DNA from: a virus
Lineage: Duplodnaviria > Caudoviricetes
Strand: one strand, 5' to 3'
IMG/VR virus record: IMGVR_UViG_3300021979_000004
Location: 32,001 to 96,000 of that record
Length of the DNA stretch: 64,000 nt
Positions 15,307 through 24,972 of this stretch are shown one piece after another (the stretch's first letter is position 1; the number at the start of each line of letters is the position of its first letter). Position numbers and translations under genes: made by a program. The notes under the pieces were generated by a model. The model ran no database searches. It was not told where the DNA came from and saw nothing but the letters and a program-made list of their open reading frames with translations.

Positions 15307-15699
15307 ATGAAGATATATGATTTATTAGAAGCTCCGGTTCCCAAACCCCTTGATAATGACATTGAAGATGCTATCGAACATGCTGATACCGAAGGCAATG
15401 GATGGGATAGAACAGACTTCCATCTTGAGTATGAAGGATACATGTCTGTTGATGAGATTGGTCAATATGACGATATAGATGGTTGGTTGGAAGTACATAC
15501 AGTAGAAGACCTAGAAGATTTTCGTGACGGTAAGTTTATGAATTTAGAAAAAGAACCGGCTCCTATTATTGTTATTGTATATCCTGATGAAGGTGGTTGT
15601 CATGAAGAAATTGGCGATGGTCGTGGACGCGTAAACTATGCTAACGCTACTGGCTCCAAGCTTCATGTTTATAAACTAACTCACAAATCTTGTATGTAA
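15307..15699 (+). CDS. ParB/Srx-like domain protein with MKIYDLLE N-terminus
   Basis: PIIVI...IGDGRGRV resembles the ParB-N IxDGxHR motif. Confidence 0.6.
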   Translation: MKIYDLLEAPVPKPLDNDIEDAIEHADTEGNGWDRTDFHLEYEGYMSVDEIGQYDDIDGWLEVHTVEDLEDFRDGKFMNLEKEPAPIIVIVYPDEGGCHEEIGDGRGRVNYANATGSKLHVYKLTHKSCM

Positions 15700-15756
15700 A
15701 TTTGACTTTGAATTTTAATTCCTGTATCTTACTATAATATGTAAGCGGAGGAAATT

Positions 15757-15969
15757 ATGAAATTCAAACGGGAAATATTTGTTGAAACACGTGGTGAAGG
15801 CTTCATGGCGTTTATTATGACCTTGTTGTTTGGTTGGGTTCCTGCGGATGCGTTCTTGATGGCCCTAATCCCTATCCCCAAGGTTGCGCTTATTTTGAGC
15901 TTTGTCCTTACCTTTATTTTTTTATTTTTCTTGGTGACACTTCCTTATCGTTTTGAATCAGAAGGTTGA
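15757..15969 (+). CDS. small two-TM membrane protein
   Basis: GGAGG RBS, hydrophobic. Confidence 0.7.
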   Translation: MKFKREIFVETRGEGFMAFIMTLLFGWVPADAFLMALIPIPKVALILSFVLTFIFLFFLVTLPYRFESEG

Positions 15970-15972
15970 TAG

Positions 15973-16614
15973 ATGATTCAACTAGCTACAAAAATTCCAA
16001 AAGGTAAAACGGTCTACGTTGCATTTTCTGGTGGGGTAGACAGCCTTTGTGCTGCACTCTATTATAAGAACAAAGGATTTAACGTAGAACTTCTACACTT
16101 CAATCATGGGTGTGAGTATTCCAATGGTATTGAAGAAGGTTGTAGGAAGCTCTCAGAAGCCTTAGAATTAGATATTGTGGTTGGCTATAATGACACACCT
16201 CCTAAACCTAAACAGTCCATTGAGGATGCGTGGAGACGAGCTAGGTATCGTTTTCTATACTCATCTGTACCAGATGGTGGATATCTTGTAACCGCACATC
16301 ATCTTAACGATGCAGTAGAAACGTGGATTTGGTCATCGATGCACGGTGAAGGGAAAGTTATTGAACCTCACCAAGAAATTGTGTATGATGATAAGTTGTG
16401 TAATCTTGTAAGACCTTTTCTTATTTCTACGAAAAGTGAACTAGAAAAGTATGTAGAGAATAGTGGTATGCATCCTGTTCCTGATGCGTACAATAAAGAT
16501 AATTCTCTAACGCGTAATTATATTCGTAATGTCATGATGCCCCATGTATTGAAGATCAATCCGGGCATTGAGAAAGTTATCAAAAAGAAATATCTAAAGC
16601 GAGGAAAGATATGA
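15973..16614 (+). CDS. tilS: tRNA(Ile)-lysidine synthase-like PP-loop ATPase (N-terminal domain only)
   Basis: VAFSGGVDS PP-loop, TAHHLND, RPFL and D.YN.D...RNYIR motifs typical of TilS. Confidence 0.88.
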   Translation: MIQLATKIPKGKTVYVAFSGGVDSLCAALYYKNKGFNVELLHFNHGCEYSNGIEEGCRKLSEALELDIVVGYNDTPPKPKQSIEDAWRRARYRFLYSSVPDGGYLVTAHHLNDAVETWIWSSMHGEGKVIEPHQEIVYDDKLCNLVRPFLISTKSELEKYVENSGMHPVPDAYNKDNSLTRNYIRNVMMPHVLKINPGIEKVIKKKYLKRGKI

Positions 16615-16823
16615 AGCTTAAAGGTAAACGGGTAGAAAAACCTAAAATCTATACTGGTAAGAAGAATGCTAAACGTCCGATGGAGGAACGTTTAGATGAT
16701 TATATTGAATTCACTCACAATACTAAAAATTATTCTGATGCTGGATTCTTTGAAGAAGTTAAAGATTATATTGCTGACCTCAAAGAGCGTATTAAAGAGC
16801 TAGAGGATAAAAATGATATCTAA
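16611..16823 (+). CDS. hypothetical protein
   Basis: ATGA overlap. Confidence 0.7.
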   Translation: MKLKGKRVEKPKIYTGKKNAKRPMEERLDDYIEFTHNTKNYSDAGFFEEVKDYIADLKERIKELEDKNDI

Positions 16824-17097
16824 TAAAACTAAAATCAAATTGATGAAAAAGTTGTATTTTTATTCCAGACAAAAACTTAGAAAACTTATCCTCAGTGAGC
16901 GTAAGGTAGATACCAAATGTCATAACTGCAACCAATGGGATTCACTGGTCGAGCTAGAATATGGACCATCTGATTTATTTTCAACATCTTATGGCTATGG
17001 CGTGACCTGTTCTAATTGTAAGAACACTACATACTTTAACTGTGAGCTTGCTCCTATACCATTACGTTGTGACCCAAATGGAACTCCAATACAATAA
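16813..17097 (+). CDS. hypothetical zinc-ribbon protein
   Basis: CHNC...CSNC. Confidence 0.7.
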   Translation: MISNKTKIKLMKKLYFYSRQKLRKLILSERKVDTKCHNCNQWDSLVELEYGPSDLFSTSYGYGVTCSNCKNTTYFNCELAPIPLRCDPNGTPIQ

Positions 17098-17099
17098 TA

Positions 17100-17375
17100 A
17101 TGAGCGACGTAATTTATTCAGTTGTAATATCTTATCTTCGATCTAGTGTAGAGATTTCTGAATTGAAGTTAACATATGACGAAGATTACAAACAGAATAT
17201 GTACATTGGTATAGATAGCGAAGGTTTGTGTGGTTATTTTACGTCAGATATAGAATGCCATGCTATAACACAGGATTATCATGATCCAAAATTACATTAT
17301 TTCACAGACGATGTACAAAGTGCAGTTGCCAACCTTAGTGATGAAATGTCATTCACCTATTATAAACTTCTTTAG
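17100..17375 (+). CDS. hypothetical protein
   Basis: 91-aa coupled ORF. Confidence 0.7.
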   Translation: MSDVIYSVVISYLRSSVEISELKLTYDEDYKQNMYIGIDSEGLCGYFTSDIECHAITQDYHDPKLHYFTDDVQSAVANLSDEMSFTYYKLL

Positions 17376-17378
17376 CGC

Positions 17379-17407
17379 TTTACTTTTCATTTTTATTCCT
17401 CTATAAT
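17379..17407 (+). promoter_or_regulatory. sigma70-type promoter
   Basis: TTTACT-17-TATAAT. Confidence 0.7.
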
Positions 17408-17434
17408 GGTATAAAACATTGTAGGAGAATTGCT

Positions 17435-17764
17435 ATGCGAGTTAAAGCTATCGATATCACATCCCAACGGTCTGACGGTCGTTCCAAAGTAACTTCTATC
17501 ACCCTCGGAAAAGAGTATGAAGTTGCTGCTATCGAAGGTGATCGTTACGTCCTTCTTAGTGACCAGCACAAACTCACACGCCACTCACAATATCGATTTG
17601 AAGTGGTTGACAACTCACCTGTACCTACCGTGCGTGAAGCATACAACAAACTGTCTCACCCAATTCGTATGAAAGCAAAAGCACTTCAGTCACAAGTGGA
17701 TGATCTTGAAGTTGAAGTTGCTATGCTGAAAAAAGAATTGGAAAAGATTAAGTCTGGTAATTGA
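17435..17764 (+). CDS. hypothetical protein, SH3-like N-terminus and coiled-coil tail
   Basis: AGGAG RBS; ITLGKEYEV...YVLLSD pattern. Confidence 0.75.
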   Translation: MRVKAIDITSQRSDGRSKVTSITLGKEYEVAAIEGDRYVLLSDQHKLTRHSQYRFEVVDNSPVPTVREAYNKLSHPIRMKAKALQSQVDDLEVEVAMLKKELEKIKSGN

Positions 17765-17812
17765 TTGTAGCGTTTAACTAGTTTATAATTAAATTATCAG
17801 GAGGGAATTGTT

Positions 17813-18298
17813 ATGATGAATAGTAAGCCAATCATTGGTATTTGTATCGCTCGTACAGAAACATCAACAGACCTTGTGGATGTTATCTTTGATGTCATGG
17901 AATATCTGGATTATTCTGAAGACTTTGGTATCGATCCTGATGACTTGGATAACCTAGACGAAAGTCTTTTTCAAAATCGTGACGGTGTGTCGTGTTTCAA
18001 CCTCGTCAAACTGTTCTTTCAATGGTCTGAAAGTGTAGGTGATCAAACTACCATTCAGGTTCATGAAACAGCATGTGGTGATGTAGCATTTGCTTTCACA
18101 CACAATGAGTTTAATTACAATACTGATCTTATTCCATGGCGACAAGATGATTGTTATACACTCACGGTTTCAGATATGAATATGATTATCGAAATGACCA
18201 AGGTGTATGATGATTTCTGCCGGTCTACCATGAACGAAACACTGTATGAACATTTTTCAAATCTTGGAAATATTGGTCTTCATTACGTTGCAAAATAA
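17813..18298 (+). CDS. hypothetical acidic protein
   Basis: GGAGGG RBS. Confidence 0.8.
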   Translation: MMNSKPIIGICIARTETSTDLVDVIFDVMEYLDYSEDFGIDPDDLDNLDESLFQNRDGVSCFNLVKLFFQWSESVGDQTTIQVHETACGDVAFAFTHNEFNYNTDLIPWRQDDCYTLTVSDMNMIIEMTKVYDDFCRSTMNETLYEHFSNLGNIGLHYVAK

Positions 18299-18341
18299 AA
18301 TTTTATTCTGTATACTGTAGTTAACTATTTGGGAGAATTAT

Positions 18342-18854
18342 ATGGGCATTAAAAAACTTATTCTGAGTCTACCGTTTGTGAAAGATGAGATTCGTCGCAA
18401 TTCACTGTATTCGGTTGAACAAACTCGTAGATACTTGCGCGAAGATGAAGAGCGTCGTCACGAGCAAATGATGAACCTGCGTCTGGGTATGCCCATTATT
18501 ATCCTGACTCCCGAAACTACACCAGAACTTGGTGTCATCACTGGTTGGTTCAACAAAGATGTGCCTATCGTTAAGGTATACAGTAATCGAATCGTGAAAG
18601 AAGTCACTCTTTTTTCAACGTACATTCCTTACAACGCACAGAACTTTCAACTTCTCTATAATATGAAAAAGAGCGAAGCGTTGGGGTTGATTAATCCTGT
18701 ACATCAAGAGAAGGGGAAGGGATTCACTATCAAGAATGAAGATAATCGTGATGGTCGTGTATACATGGACACGGTTAACGATGCTGCACAGAATGGTTTC
18801 TTTGAGTTGGCAAAAGAATACTGGAAAAAGAAGCGAGGCATGGCATATGAGTAA
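18342..18854 (+). CDS. hypothetical protein
   Basis: GGGAG RBS. Confidence 0.8.
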   Translation: MGIKKLILSLPFVKDEIRRNSLYSVEQTRRYLREDEERRHEQMMNLRLGMPIIILTPETTPELGVITGWFNKDVPIVKVYSNRIVKEVTLFSTYIPYNAQNFQLLYNMKKSEALGLINPVHQEKGKGFTIKNEDNRDGRVYMDTVNDAAQNGFFELAKEYWKKKRGMAYE

Positions 18855-19026
18855 AATTCTGATAAACGCATTAGTAATTTTCTTTACTATTGTGTCCGTG
18901 TCAATGTTTGGATTTTATCTGGATGTTAATAGCTTCGTGGCACTTACTGGTGACCATCTTATGAAGTCGTGTGTCTACGGTTTTATTGGTCTTTTATTTT
19001 CATACCTAGTTGCAACGGTGATTTAA
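18847..19026 (+). CDS. small two-TM membrane protein
   Basis: ATG 18847 overlapping the upstream stop. Confidence 0.65.
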   Translation: MSKILINALVIFFTIVSVSMFGFYLDVNSFVALTGDHLMKSCVYGFIGLLFSYLVATVI

Positions 19027-19572
19027 ATGGATGAAAGAATCGAGTATGTAGATAACAAAATAATCTTTCTAGTTGAACGTGGGTTTACTTCAAGTTGTGG
19101 AAAGAATATTACTAAAGGTCAACGTCTCAAGTGTATTGCGTATTACTTTAAAGGTAATGATCTTTTCTTGATTATCATTGATGAGGTTGGTAAAGAGACT
19201 ACTTGTATCATAGACAAAATTATGAATTACACCCACGAGTGTTCGGAACCACTTCGAAACGATATTGAAGTTGGTGATGTTGTAGCTATTCTCATGGAAG
19301 GAAAGAAATTCATTGGAAAGGTACTAGCGGAAAAAGAAAACGAATATGTAGTTTCTATCAATGGGATTTCAAGCTTTACTAAAATTGATGAGGCTGTTGT
19401 AGATAAATCAATGGTTGCACATTTTGAAGATTGTTGTACTATTGTTTGTGATTATAAAAAAGACCCTAAAAATCCTGAAATGCGTTTCGATTACTCTATT
19501 GAGTATCTACGTACCCATAAGAGAATGCAATTCTGGGATCATCAGGGGGATGTCTTTGTAAAAGAACAATAA
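19027..19572 (+). CDS. hypothetical protein
   Basis: 181-aa coupled ORF. Confidence 0.75.
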   Translation: MDERIEYVDNKIIFLVERGFTSSCGKNITKGQRLKCIAYYFKGNDLFLIIIDEVGKETTCIIDKIMNYTHECSEPLRNDIEVGDVVAILMEGKKFIGKVLAEKENEYVVSINGISSFTKIDEAVVDKSMVAHFEDCCTIVCDYKKDPKNPEMRFDYSIEYLRTHKRMQFWDHQGDVFVKEQ

Positions 19573-19580
19573 GGTATGCT

Positions 19581-19847
19581 ATGTTAAAAAAAGAACAAAA
19601 TATTACATTGGATGCTAAACTTGCGATTGTAAAGAAAATGCTTAACCGCTTGGACTACCCTGAATCGGCTAAAGCAATAGAAGAAGCTGAACAGCTTATA
19701 GAAGAACTTAAAACTGATGCCCAACGTTATCGTTGGTTGAGGGATAACAAACATCTTGATATTTGGTGGAGTGTAGAAGGCCCTGCTAATAGATGTGAAA
19801 ATATTGATGTTGATATTGATGAAGCCATGAGTGAATCAAAGGAATAA
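19581..19847 (+). CDS. hypothetical protein with DAQRYRWLR motif (Ead/Ea22-like tail)
   Basis: DAxRYRWLR is a recurrent phage motif. Confidence 0.75.
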   Translation: MLKKEQNITLDAKLAIVKKMLNRLDYPESAKAIEEAEQLIEELKTDAQRYRWLRDNKHLDIWWSVEGPANRCENIDVDIDEAMSESKE

Positions 19848-19850
19848 TGT

Positions 19851-20156
19851 ATGAAGACTGTGCCTGAGTATGAAGTTGATTTGGATAATACCGTAAATCA
19901 AACGATCCGGTCAGGGCAATTGGGTGTTATTGTAAATGATGCACAGCGTTATGAAGTTGTATATTTTACACATTGTCATTATCTCGGTAGCAACGGAGGT
20001 ATTTCAAACACATTTTCCTATCGTAGCTTTTCTAAAAATGGTGTACTACGTAATAAAGTAAAATCTTATATGTATAAGCCAATTTACCCATTAAAAAATA
20101 ATAAAAATTATCGCACCGAAATTGTACTTATAACAGGAGAAAATGATGCAGATTGA
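19851..20156 (+). CDS. hypothetical protein
   Basis: 101-aa ORF. Confidence 0.7.
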   Translation: MKTVPEYEVDLDNTVNQTIRSGQLGVIVNDAQRYEVVYFTHCHYLGSNGGISNTFSYRSFSKNGVLRNKVKSYMYKPIYPLKNNKNYRTEIVLITGENDAD

Positions 20157-20559
20157 TTCGAAAGATATTGCAAATGGTTCTTATAACGGTCAGAAAGTTT
20201 TTATTTGTGATTACCGTGTTCCCGATCTTGATAAAAAGCCCATCCGGTCAGTAGAGCCAACGGAAGTTATGGTTATGGATAACGATACTACAAAGAAACG
20301 TATCTACTATTCCAACTCACACTTTGTTGCTCTCAAGAAAAATGGTGAACCATCCAGTAAAGTCATTCCTCTTTATGACAACACGGGTTTCCGTTCTTAT
20401 ACTGGTGAACCGGTGAAAGTATTTGACAACCTTGCTGAATGTGAGGCACAATGGAACGACGATCTTAAGAAAGTTCAAGAGCGTTGGGCCGAACGTCGTA
20501 AAACTGCATTGCAGGATATCGATAATCAAATTAACAAAATCGATGGTATGTTCCGATGA
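20143..20559 (+). CDS. hypothetical protein
   Basis: AGGAG RBS. Confidence 0.8.
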   Translation: MMQIDSKDIANGSYNGQKVFICDYRVPDLDKKPIRSVEPTEVMVMDNDTTKKRIYYSNSHFVALKKNGEPSSKVIPLYDNTGFRSYTGEPVKVFDNLAECEAQWNDDLKKVQERWAERRKTALQDIDNQINKIDGMFR

Positions 20560-20804
20560 CCGAAAGTAACAAAAGCACATTTAAAACCGTACTTCATATA
20601 GGAGGTATTTGTATAGCAGCTTCTATTTTGGGTATGTTTTTACTATTCTATTCACAAAGCGTTGTTGAATATCAACAGGAAAGTGATTCAGAAAAGTTAT
20701 GTGGTTTGCTTGAACGTTCATCTATTGAATTGAAATTGCGACTTGTTGAAGACACTAACACTAACGAACTACTGGTGATTGATTGTGACGAATACACTGA
20801 TTAA
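20556..20804 (+). CDS. single-TM membrane protein
   Basis: ATGA overlap, hydrophobic N-terminus. Confidence 0.7.
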   Translation: MTESNKSTFKTVLHIGGICIAASILGMFLLFYSQSVVEYQQESDSEKLCGLLERSSIELKLRLVEDTNTNELLVIDCDEYTD

Positions 20805-21069
20805 AGAATACACACTTCTTCAATCTCTCTATGAGAAGCGGGAAGAAGAATATAAAAACGGTGACTATCAAGATGTGGATTTTGATATTAGCTGTGGTAT
20901 TACTGAAGATGAAATAAAAGAATTTATCGATTTCTTAAATAGTAAGAAAGATTTCACTCTCCAAGATATTCGTTTTCGAGTTCTATACCTTGCTAACAAA
21001 TATCATTTTAGTGTCAATAGTTTTTGGCACTATATCATGTACCGTACAGGTAAATGGATTAAAAAATAG
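20779..21069 (+). CDS. hypothetical protein
   Basis: 96-aa ORF. Confidence 0.65.
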   Translation: MIVTNTLIKEYTLLQSLYEKREEEYKNGDYQDVDFDISCGITEDEIKEFIDFLNSKKDFTLQDIRFRVLYLANKYHFSVNSFWHYIMYRTGKWIKK

Positions 21070-21078
21070 GAGATTGTT

Positions 21079-21597
21079 ATGCGTTCATTAAAAGTTATTT
21101 TTTTGGTAGGATTTCTATGGAGTATGTCAATGCACTCTCACTCAGAGGTCTTGAGTTATTCCCAATTGGAAGATTGTATTGAAATGAGCTATGATATAAC
21201 TCGTGATAAAAAGAAAGTAGATCAGAGAAAGCAAGCACTTGTTCGTCAGAGCAATGAGCTTAATCATTTGGAATCAACACTTAAGGGTCTTGATTGGGAT
21301 TACGATAGAGCAAACGATTCTCTAAGGAATTGTCAAATTATGAATAGCTCGAACTGTTATGCTGAAGCAAACAGAGTAAATTCTTTAGCCAATCAATACA
21401 ACTCCATTCTCAGAAAATATGAACATATTCGAGTTAGATATAATGATCTTATTGATATTCATAATGAAGAACTTGAAGAGCTTAGAACGTTGCTAAGTCG
21501 TTCACAAAATCAATGTTACGGGAAGCAATTTGCATCTAGCGATGTTCGCCGTGCATGTGATGGCGAAACTGCACATTTCTGTAAAGTATTAAAGTAA
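21079..21597 (+). CDS. exported coiled-coil protein with Cys pairs
   Basis: Signal-peptide-like N-terminus, heptad repeats, 6 Cys. Confidence 0.75.
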   Translation: MRSLKVIFLVGFLWSMSMHSHSEVLSYSQLEDCIEMSYDITRDKKKVDQRKQALVRQSNELNHLESTLKGLDWDYDRANDSLRNCQIMNSSNCYAEANRVNSLANQYNSILRKYEHIRVRYNDLIDIHNEELEELRTLLSRSQNQCYGKQFASSDVRRACDGETAHFCKVLK

Positions 21598-21607
21598 GGA
21601 TAAAAAG

Positions 21608-22438
21608 ATGAAACCATATTGGGTTGTTGACGAATATATGTTGGAAGTGTCTGAGAGAAAAAATGAAATACTATCTTTCTTAAATGATAACTGTGAGTGT
21701 TCTATCAGACCACTTCAAAGGTTTTCTTCTATGAACTTCCCAGAACAAATTGATATTAATAGTTCAAAGTCTACCTGTGGTATCGTTTATGGAAGTATCC
21801 AATTTGTCACGAAAGCTGTTAAAGAAACTAATCTGTATCCTAGTTCTTATTACGATCCAACCCGTTATGAACTGATGAATTATATGAGCGAGTATCAACC
21901 AAGCCTGTTTCTCAATAGTGATGGTTTCTTTGTTTCTTTCATGTGGTTGTATAAAAGGTTGAGTTACTATCAATCTATTTTAGGTAAAAAGATTTTTGTT
22001 CGACCGAACAGTCCGAAGAAATTATTCACTGGTTTAATTGTGGAATCAACTGATGATCTAGACTTAATGTTTAAAACATCATCAGTTACATACAACACGC
22101 CGGTTTTTATATCATGCGCAAAACACCTTGAAAGAGAAATTCGTTATTTTATTGTGGATGGTCAAGTTGTGTCACATAGTCAATATCATAAAAACCATGA
22201 AATATGTATTACTGAGGATGATGATATTGAGTGTAGAAAGCTAGCCCAGAAAGTGGCGGATCAGACTGAAGAGTTTCATAATACGTTTGTGTGTGATGTT
22301 GGACTTTGGAATGGAATACCGAGAGTTGTTGAATTAAATTGTATTAACACATCAGGCTGGTATCTCGGAGATATTAATGCTATAATGGGTTCATTAAATG
22401 ATAAGTTAATTAAGGATTATAAAGACTATGAGCTATAA
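21608..22438 (+). CDS. ATP-grasp domain protein (R2K/DUF4343-like)
   Basis: IFVRP....K.FTG, E.RYFIVDGQVV...Y and DVG......VVELN....SG.Y motifs. Confidence 0.8.
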   Translation: MKPYWVVDEYMLEVSERKNEILSFLNDNCECSIRPLQRFSSMNFPEQIDINSSKSTCGIVYGSIQFVTKAVKETNLYPSSYYDPTRYELMNYMSEYQPSLFLNSDGFFVSFMWLYKRLSYYQSILGKKIFVRPNSPKKLFTGLIVESTDDLDLMFKTSSVTYNTPVFISCAKHLEREIRYFIVDGQVVSHSQYHKNHEICITEDDDIECRKLAQKVADQTEEFHNTFVCDVGLWNGIPRVVELNCINTSGWYLGDINAIMGSLNDKLIKDYKDYEL

Positions 22439-22673
22439 TCCGATGCGGACACACTGTAAAGAACACAATTACGTCAAGATCGAAAAGTTTATTACGTCGC
22501 CGGAGATAGGTGGAAAAATAAACTTGGAATATTCTATAACAACACGATTACAAAATGATGAGTGGGTAAAGAGAGAACCCTTGACGGTGTTTACCTTTTC
22601 ATGTGGTGATGATTCAGAGAAATTATCAAAGATAGTAAACTTTATGAAACTGTTGGGAGAGGATCATGTCTAG
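22428..22673 (+). CDS. hypothetical protein (IVNFMKL motif variant)
   Basis: Overlap-coupled. Confidence 0.7.
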   Translation: MSYNPMRTHCKEHNYVKIEKFITSPEIGGKINLEYSITTRLQNDEWVKREPLTVFTFSCGDDSEKLSKIVNFMKLLGEDHV

Positions 22674-22908
22674 GTATGTTATCACATCAGTAGACTTTCA
22701 AAAGAATATAGATTCTCTTGCGAAGTTCAATCGCGAGAATGTAAAGTCATATCAAAAGAAACATCAGAAAACAAGGTTTCTTGATAAAGCTACTGGTCAG
22801 CATATGTATACCCTATGGCTTGTTGTAGACATGGATCAAATGACTAAGATCAAAAACTACTGTAAAGTCAAAAACATCAAAATGCCTTTGTGTAAAGAGG
22901 AAATATAA
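22666..22908 (+). CDS. hypothetical protein
   Basis: GGAGGA RBS. Confidence 0.7.
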   Translation: MSRYVITSVDFQKNIDSLAKFNRENVKSYQKKHQKTRFLDKATGQHMYTLWLVVDMDQMTKIKNYCKVKNIKMPLCKEEI

Positions 22909-22910
22909 TC

Positions 22911-23783
22911 ATGGCTTCATCTTATGGTGTCGTTAAAAATAATATTCAAAACTTTCTGAAAAATACGAAAGCATATAACTATTCTCCTATTGACGATAAG
23001 ATTGCTTTTATGGAGAAGAATTTTCATTCAGTACCGGGGCAATTCTATGAGCTTATGGCTTTTGGAAATGTGAAACACATGGTACACAACGGTGAAGTTA
23101 TCTTTGGTGTTTTTGTAGACTCTAAGTATAAAGATGAAAGTTCGCTTGGTGTATTTTCCTTTGTCATTTATGATGAAAAACTCTATGTTTCTGATCGACT
23201 TAATGCGAAAGTTTTCAATCCAGCTATGCGAAAGTTCAACGGTTTGTTTAAGGTATACTGTGGCTTTAGTTCGGAAAAAGCATTTGAATATTTTGTTGAA
23301 TGTTTTGCATGTGTCAATGATAAAGATCGGGATATAAAAGAAATCATCGTGGATAATATCTGTGAAGAAGTAACTGATCTTTTAAATGAATATCATGATA
23401 ATCATGTTGAATATCTCAATGCTAAACGAACCTATGTAGATACAAACACTGAAGTTCATCGTAGGGTTCGTGAGTCTGAAGAGCAACAGATTGTAAATGA
23501 TTTACAGGCAAGGTTGGCAGCGGCTAAAGAAAACCTGAACAGAAAGCGTAATGAAATTATTGAAGAGGAAAACCTAGAACTTTTGAAAGCAAGATCACAG
23601 ACACTAAAGTCTCACAGTGAAAGTCTTCTCTTGTACTATCGTGAGACTATTAAGTATCATATTACATCAAAGCCTATCCCGAATGGCCTTTCTAATAATA
23701 TAGAAGGAACCTTTTTGAGAATGTTTGATAAGGTTAAGATAAAAGCCGTTGATGCATCAAAAGAAAATAAAAGTGGGGATTAA
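22911..23783 (+). CDS. hypothetical protein with coiled coil
   Basis: 290-aa ORF, GAGG RBS. Confidence 0.8.
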   Translation: MASSYGVVKNNIQNFLKNTKAYNYSPIDDKIAFMEKNFHSVPGQFYELMAFGNVKHMVHNGEVIFGVFVDSKYKDESSLGVFSFVIYDEKLYVSDRLNAKVFNPAMRKFNGLFKVYCGFSSEKAFEYFVECFACVNDKDRDIKEIIVDNICEEVTDLLNEYHDNHVEYLNAKRTYVDTNTEVHRRVRESEEQQIVNDLQARLAAAKENLNRKRNEIIEEENLELLKARSQTLKSHSESLLLYYRETIKYHITSKPIPNGLSNNIEGTFLRMFDKVKIKAVDASKENKSGD

Positions 23784-24808
23784 CCCCACTTCTCATTACC
23801 ACTCATACCTGTTACTTCTATTATATAAAAATCGGAATCTGGTGCGGTTAGGGACGTATTGGACCATAACAAATTACCATCTGCATCAAACTTATGTATA
23901 TTTGCATTTGTTGTTGAAAGATAAATGTTTCCATCCATATCACACTCTATGTCTTGTGGTATATCGCCACTCAATGATAATGATATTTCCCATAATTTAT
24001 TACCACTAGCATCTACCTTACCTATGAAATTTCCCACTGATGAAGCAACTAGTGAATTACCATCGTAGTCTACTGCGATAAAAGAAAGGTTTGTGCTGAA
24101 AGCCGGTGACTCCCAAGAAACGTCACCACTTTCATTTAATTTAATAACGGTATCACTTACTGCATTATTGTTTATAAACACCACCCCATTATCTGGGGTC
24201 GCACCTAACCTATAAGTACCATTTACATCACCAGCTTCATAATCCCATACTAAATTAGCAGAAGAGTCATAGCGATGTATATAGTGATCATCTGCTACAC
24301 CACCAATAAATACATCACCATTTGTTGCAGTATCCATAGATTGGTAAGTTTTAGATGAAGTAGTGGCATCACCGGCTTGTATGTTCATTTGAGAAAAAAG
24401 AATTGTAGATAAATCATTTACATCATAGACATCAAGTCTATTGCTAGAACCTAACATGGTATACAAAACACCATCTTTTGTTACCGATGTAGTTCTATAT
24501 ACATTATTAACTGCGGTACTATCTAGAGTATTTCCAGTAAGACCATCATATGCTGTTATTTCTCTATAACCGGCTGGATATATAACATTGTCTTTCGATA
24601 CTGCAAACTCAGGATGATACTGTGTTAATGCTTGTTCTACGATCAATGTTTCTGAACCATCGCTCAAATCTATTCTATATATTTTTTCTGGTGTGCTAGT
24701 ATTATAGTACTCTAGTGCGTATAGGTATTGATCATACTGAGGCTTTGTAAAAATTTGACGCATACGAACGCCACCAAACTTCCTCATACCTCTTATAATT
24801 ATTGACAT
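23780..24808 (-). CDS. beta-propeller (PQQ/WD-like repeat) late protein
   Basis: Repeated D..GN..W units; short basic N-terminal leader; upstream TAAATA; GGAG RBS. Confidence 0.8.
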   Translation of the reverse strand: MSIIIRGMRKFGGVRMRQIFTKPQYDQYLYALEYYNTSTPEKIYRIDLSDGSETLIVEQALTQYHPEFAVSKDNVIYPAGYREITAYDGLTGNTLDSTAVNNVYRTTSVTKDGVLYTMLGSSNRLDVYDVNDLSTILFSQMNIQAGDATTSSKTYQSMDTATNGDVFIGGVADDHYIHRYDSSANLVWDYEAGDVNGTYRLGATPDNGVVFINNNAVSDTVIKLNESGDVSWESPAFSTNLSFIAVDYDGNSLVASSVGNFIGKVDASGNKLWEISLSLSGDIPQDIECDMDGNIYLSTTNANIHKFDADGNLLWSNTSLTAPDSDFYIIEVTGMSGNEKWG

Positions 24809-24886
24809 AAACTTATTCTCCTAATTTATATCTATTATTTATTAGAAAATATTTTTTTAAATATGCTATCTTTTTCACTAAAAGGG

Positions 24887-24915
24887 TTGCACTTTAAAAT
24901 TAGATCATCTATAAT
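24887..24915 (+). promoter_or_regulatory. sigma70-type early promoter
   Basis: TTGCAC-17-TATAAT followed by GGTT. Confidence 0.8.
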
Positions 24916-24972
24916 GGTTACATAAGGTTGAGGAACAGACCTCACCGACTAAGCCAAAAGAGGAATTACATT

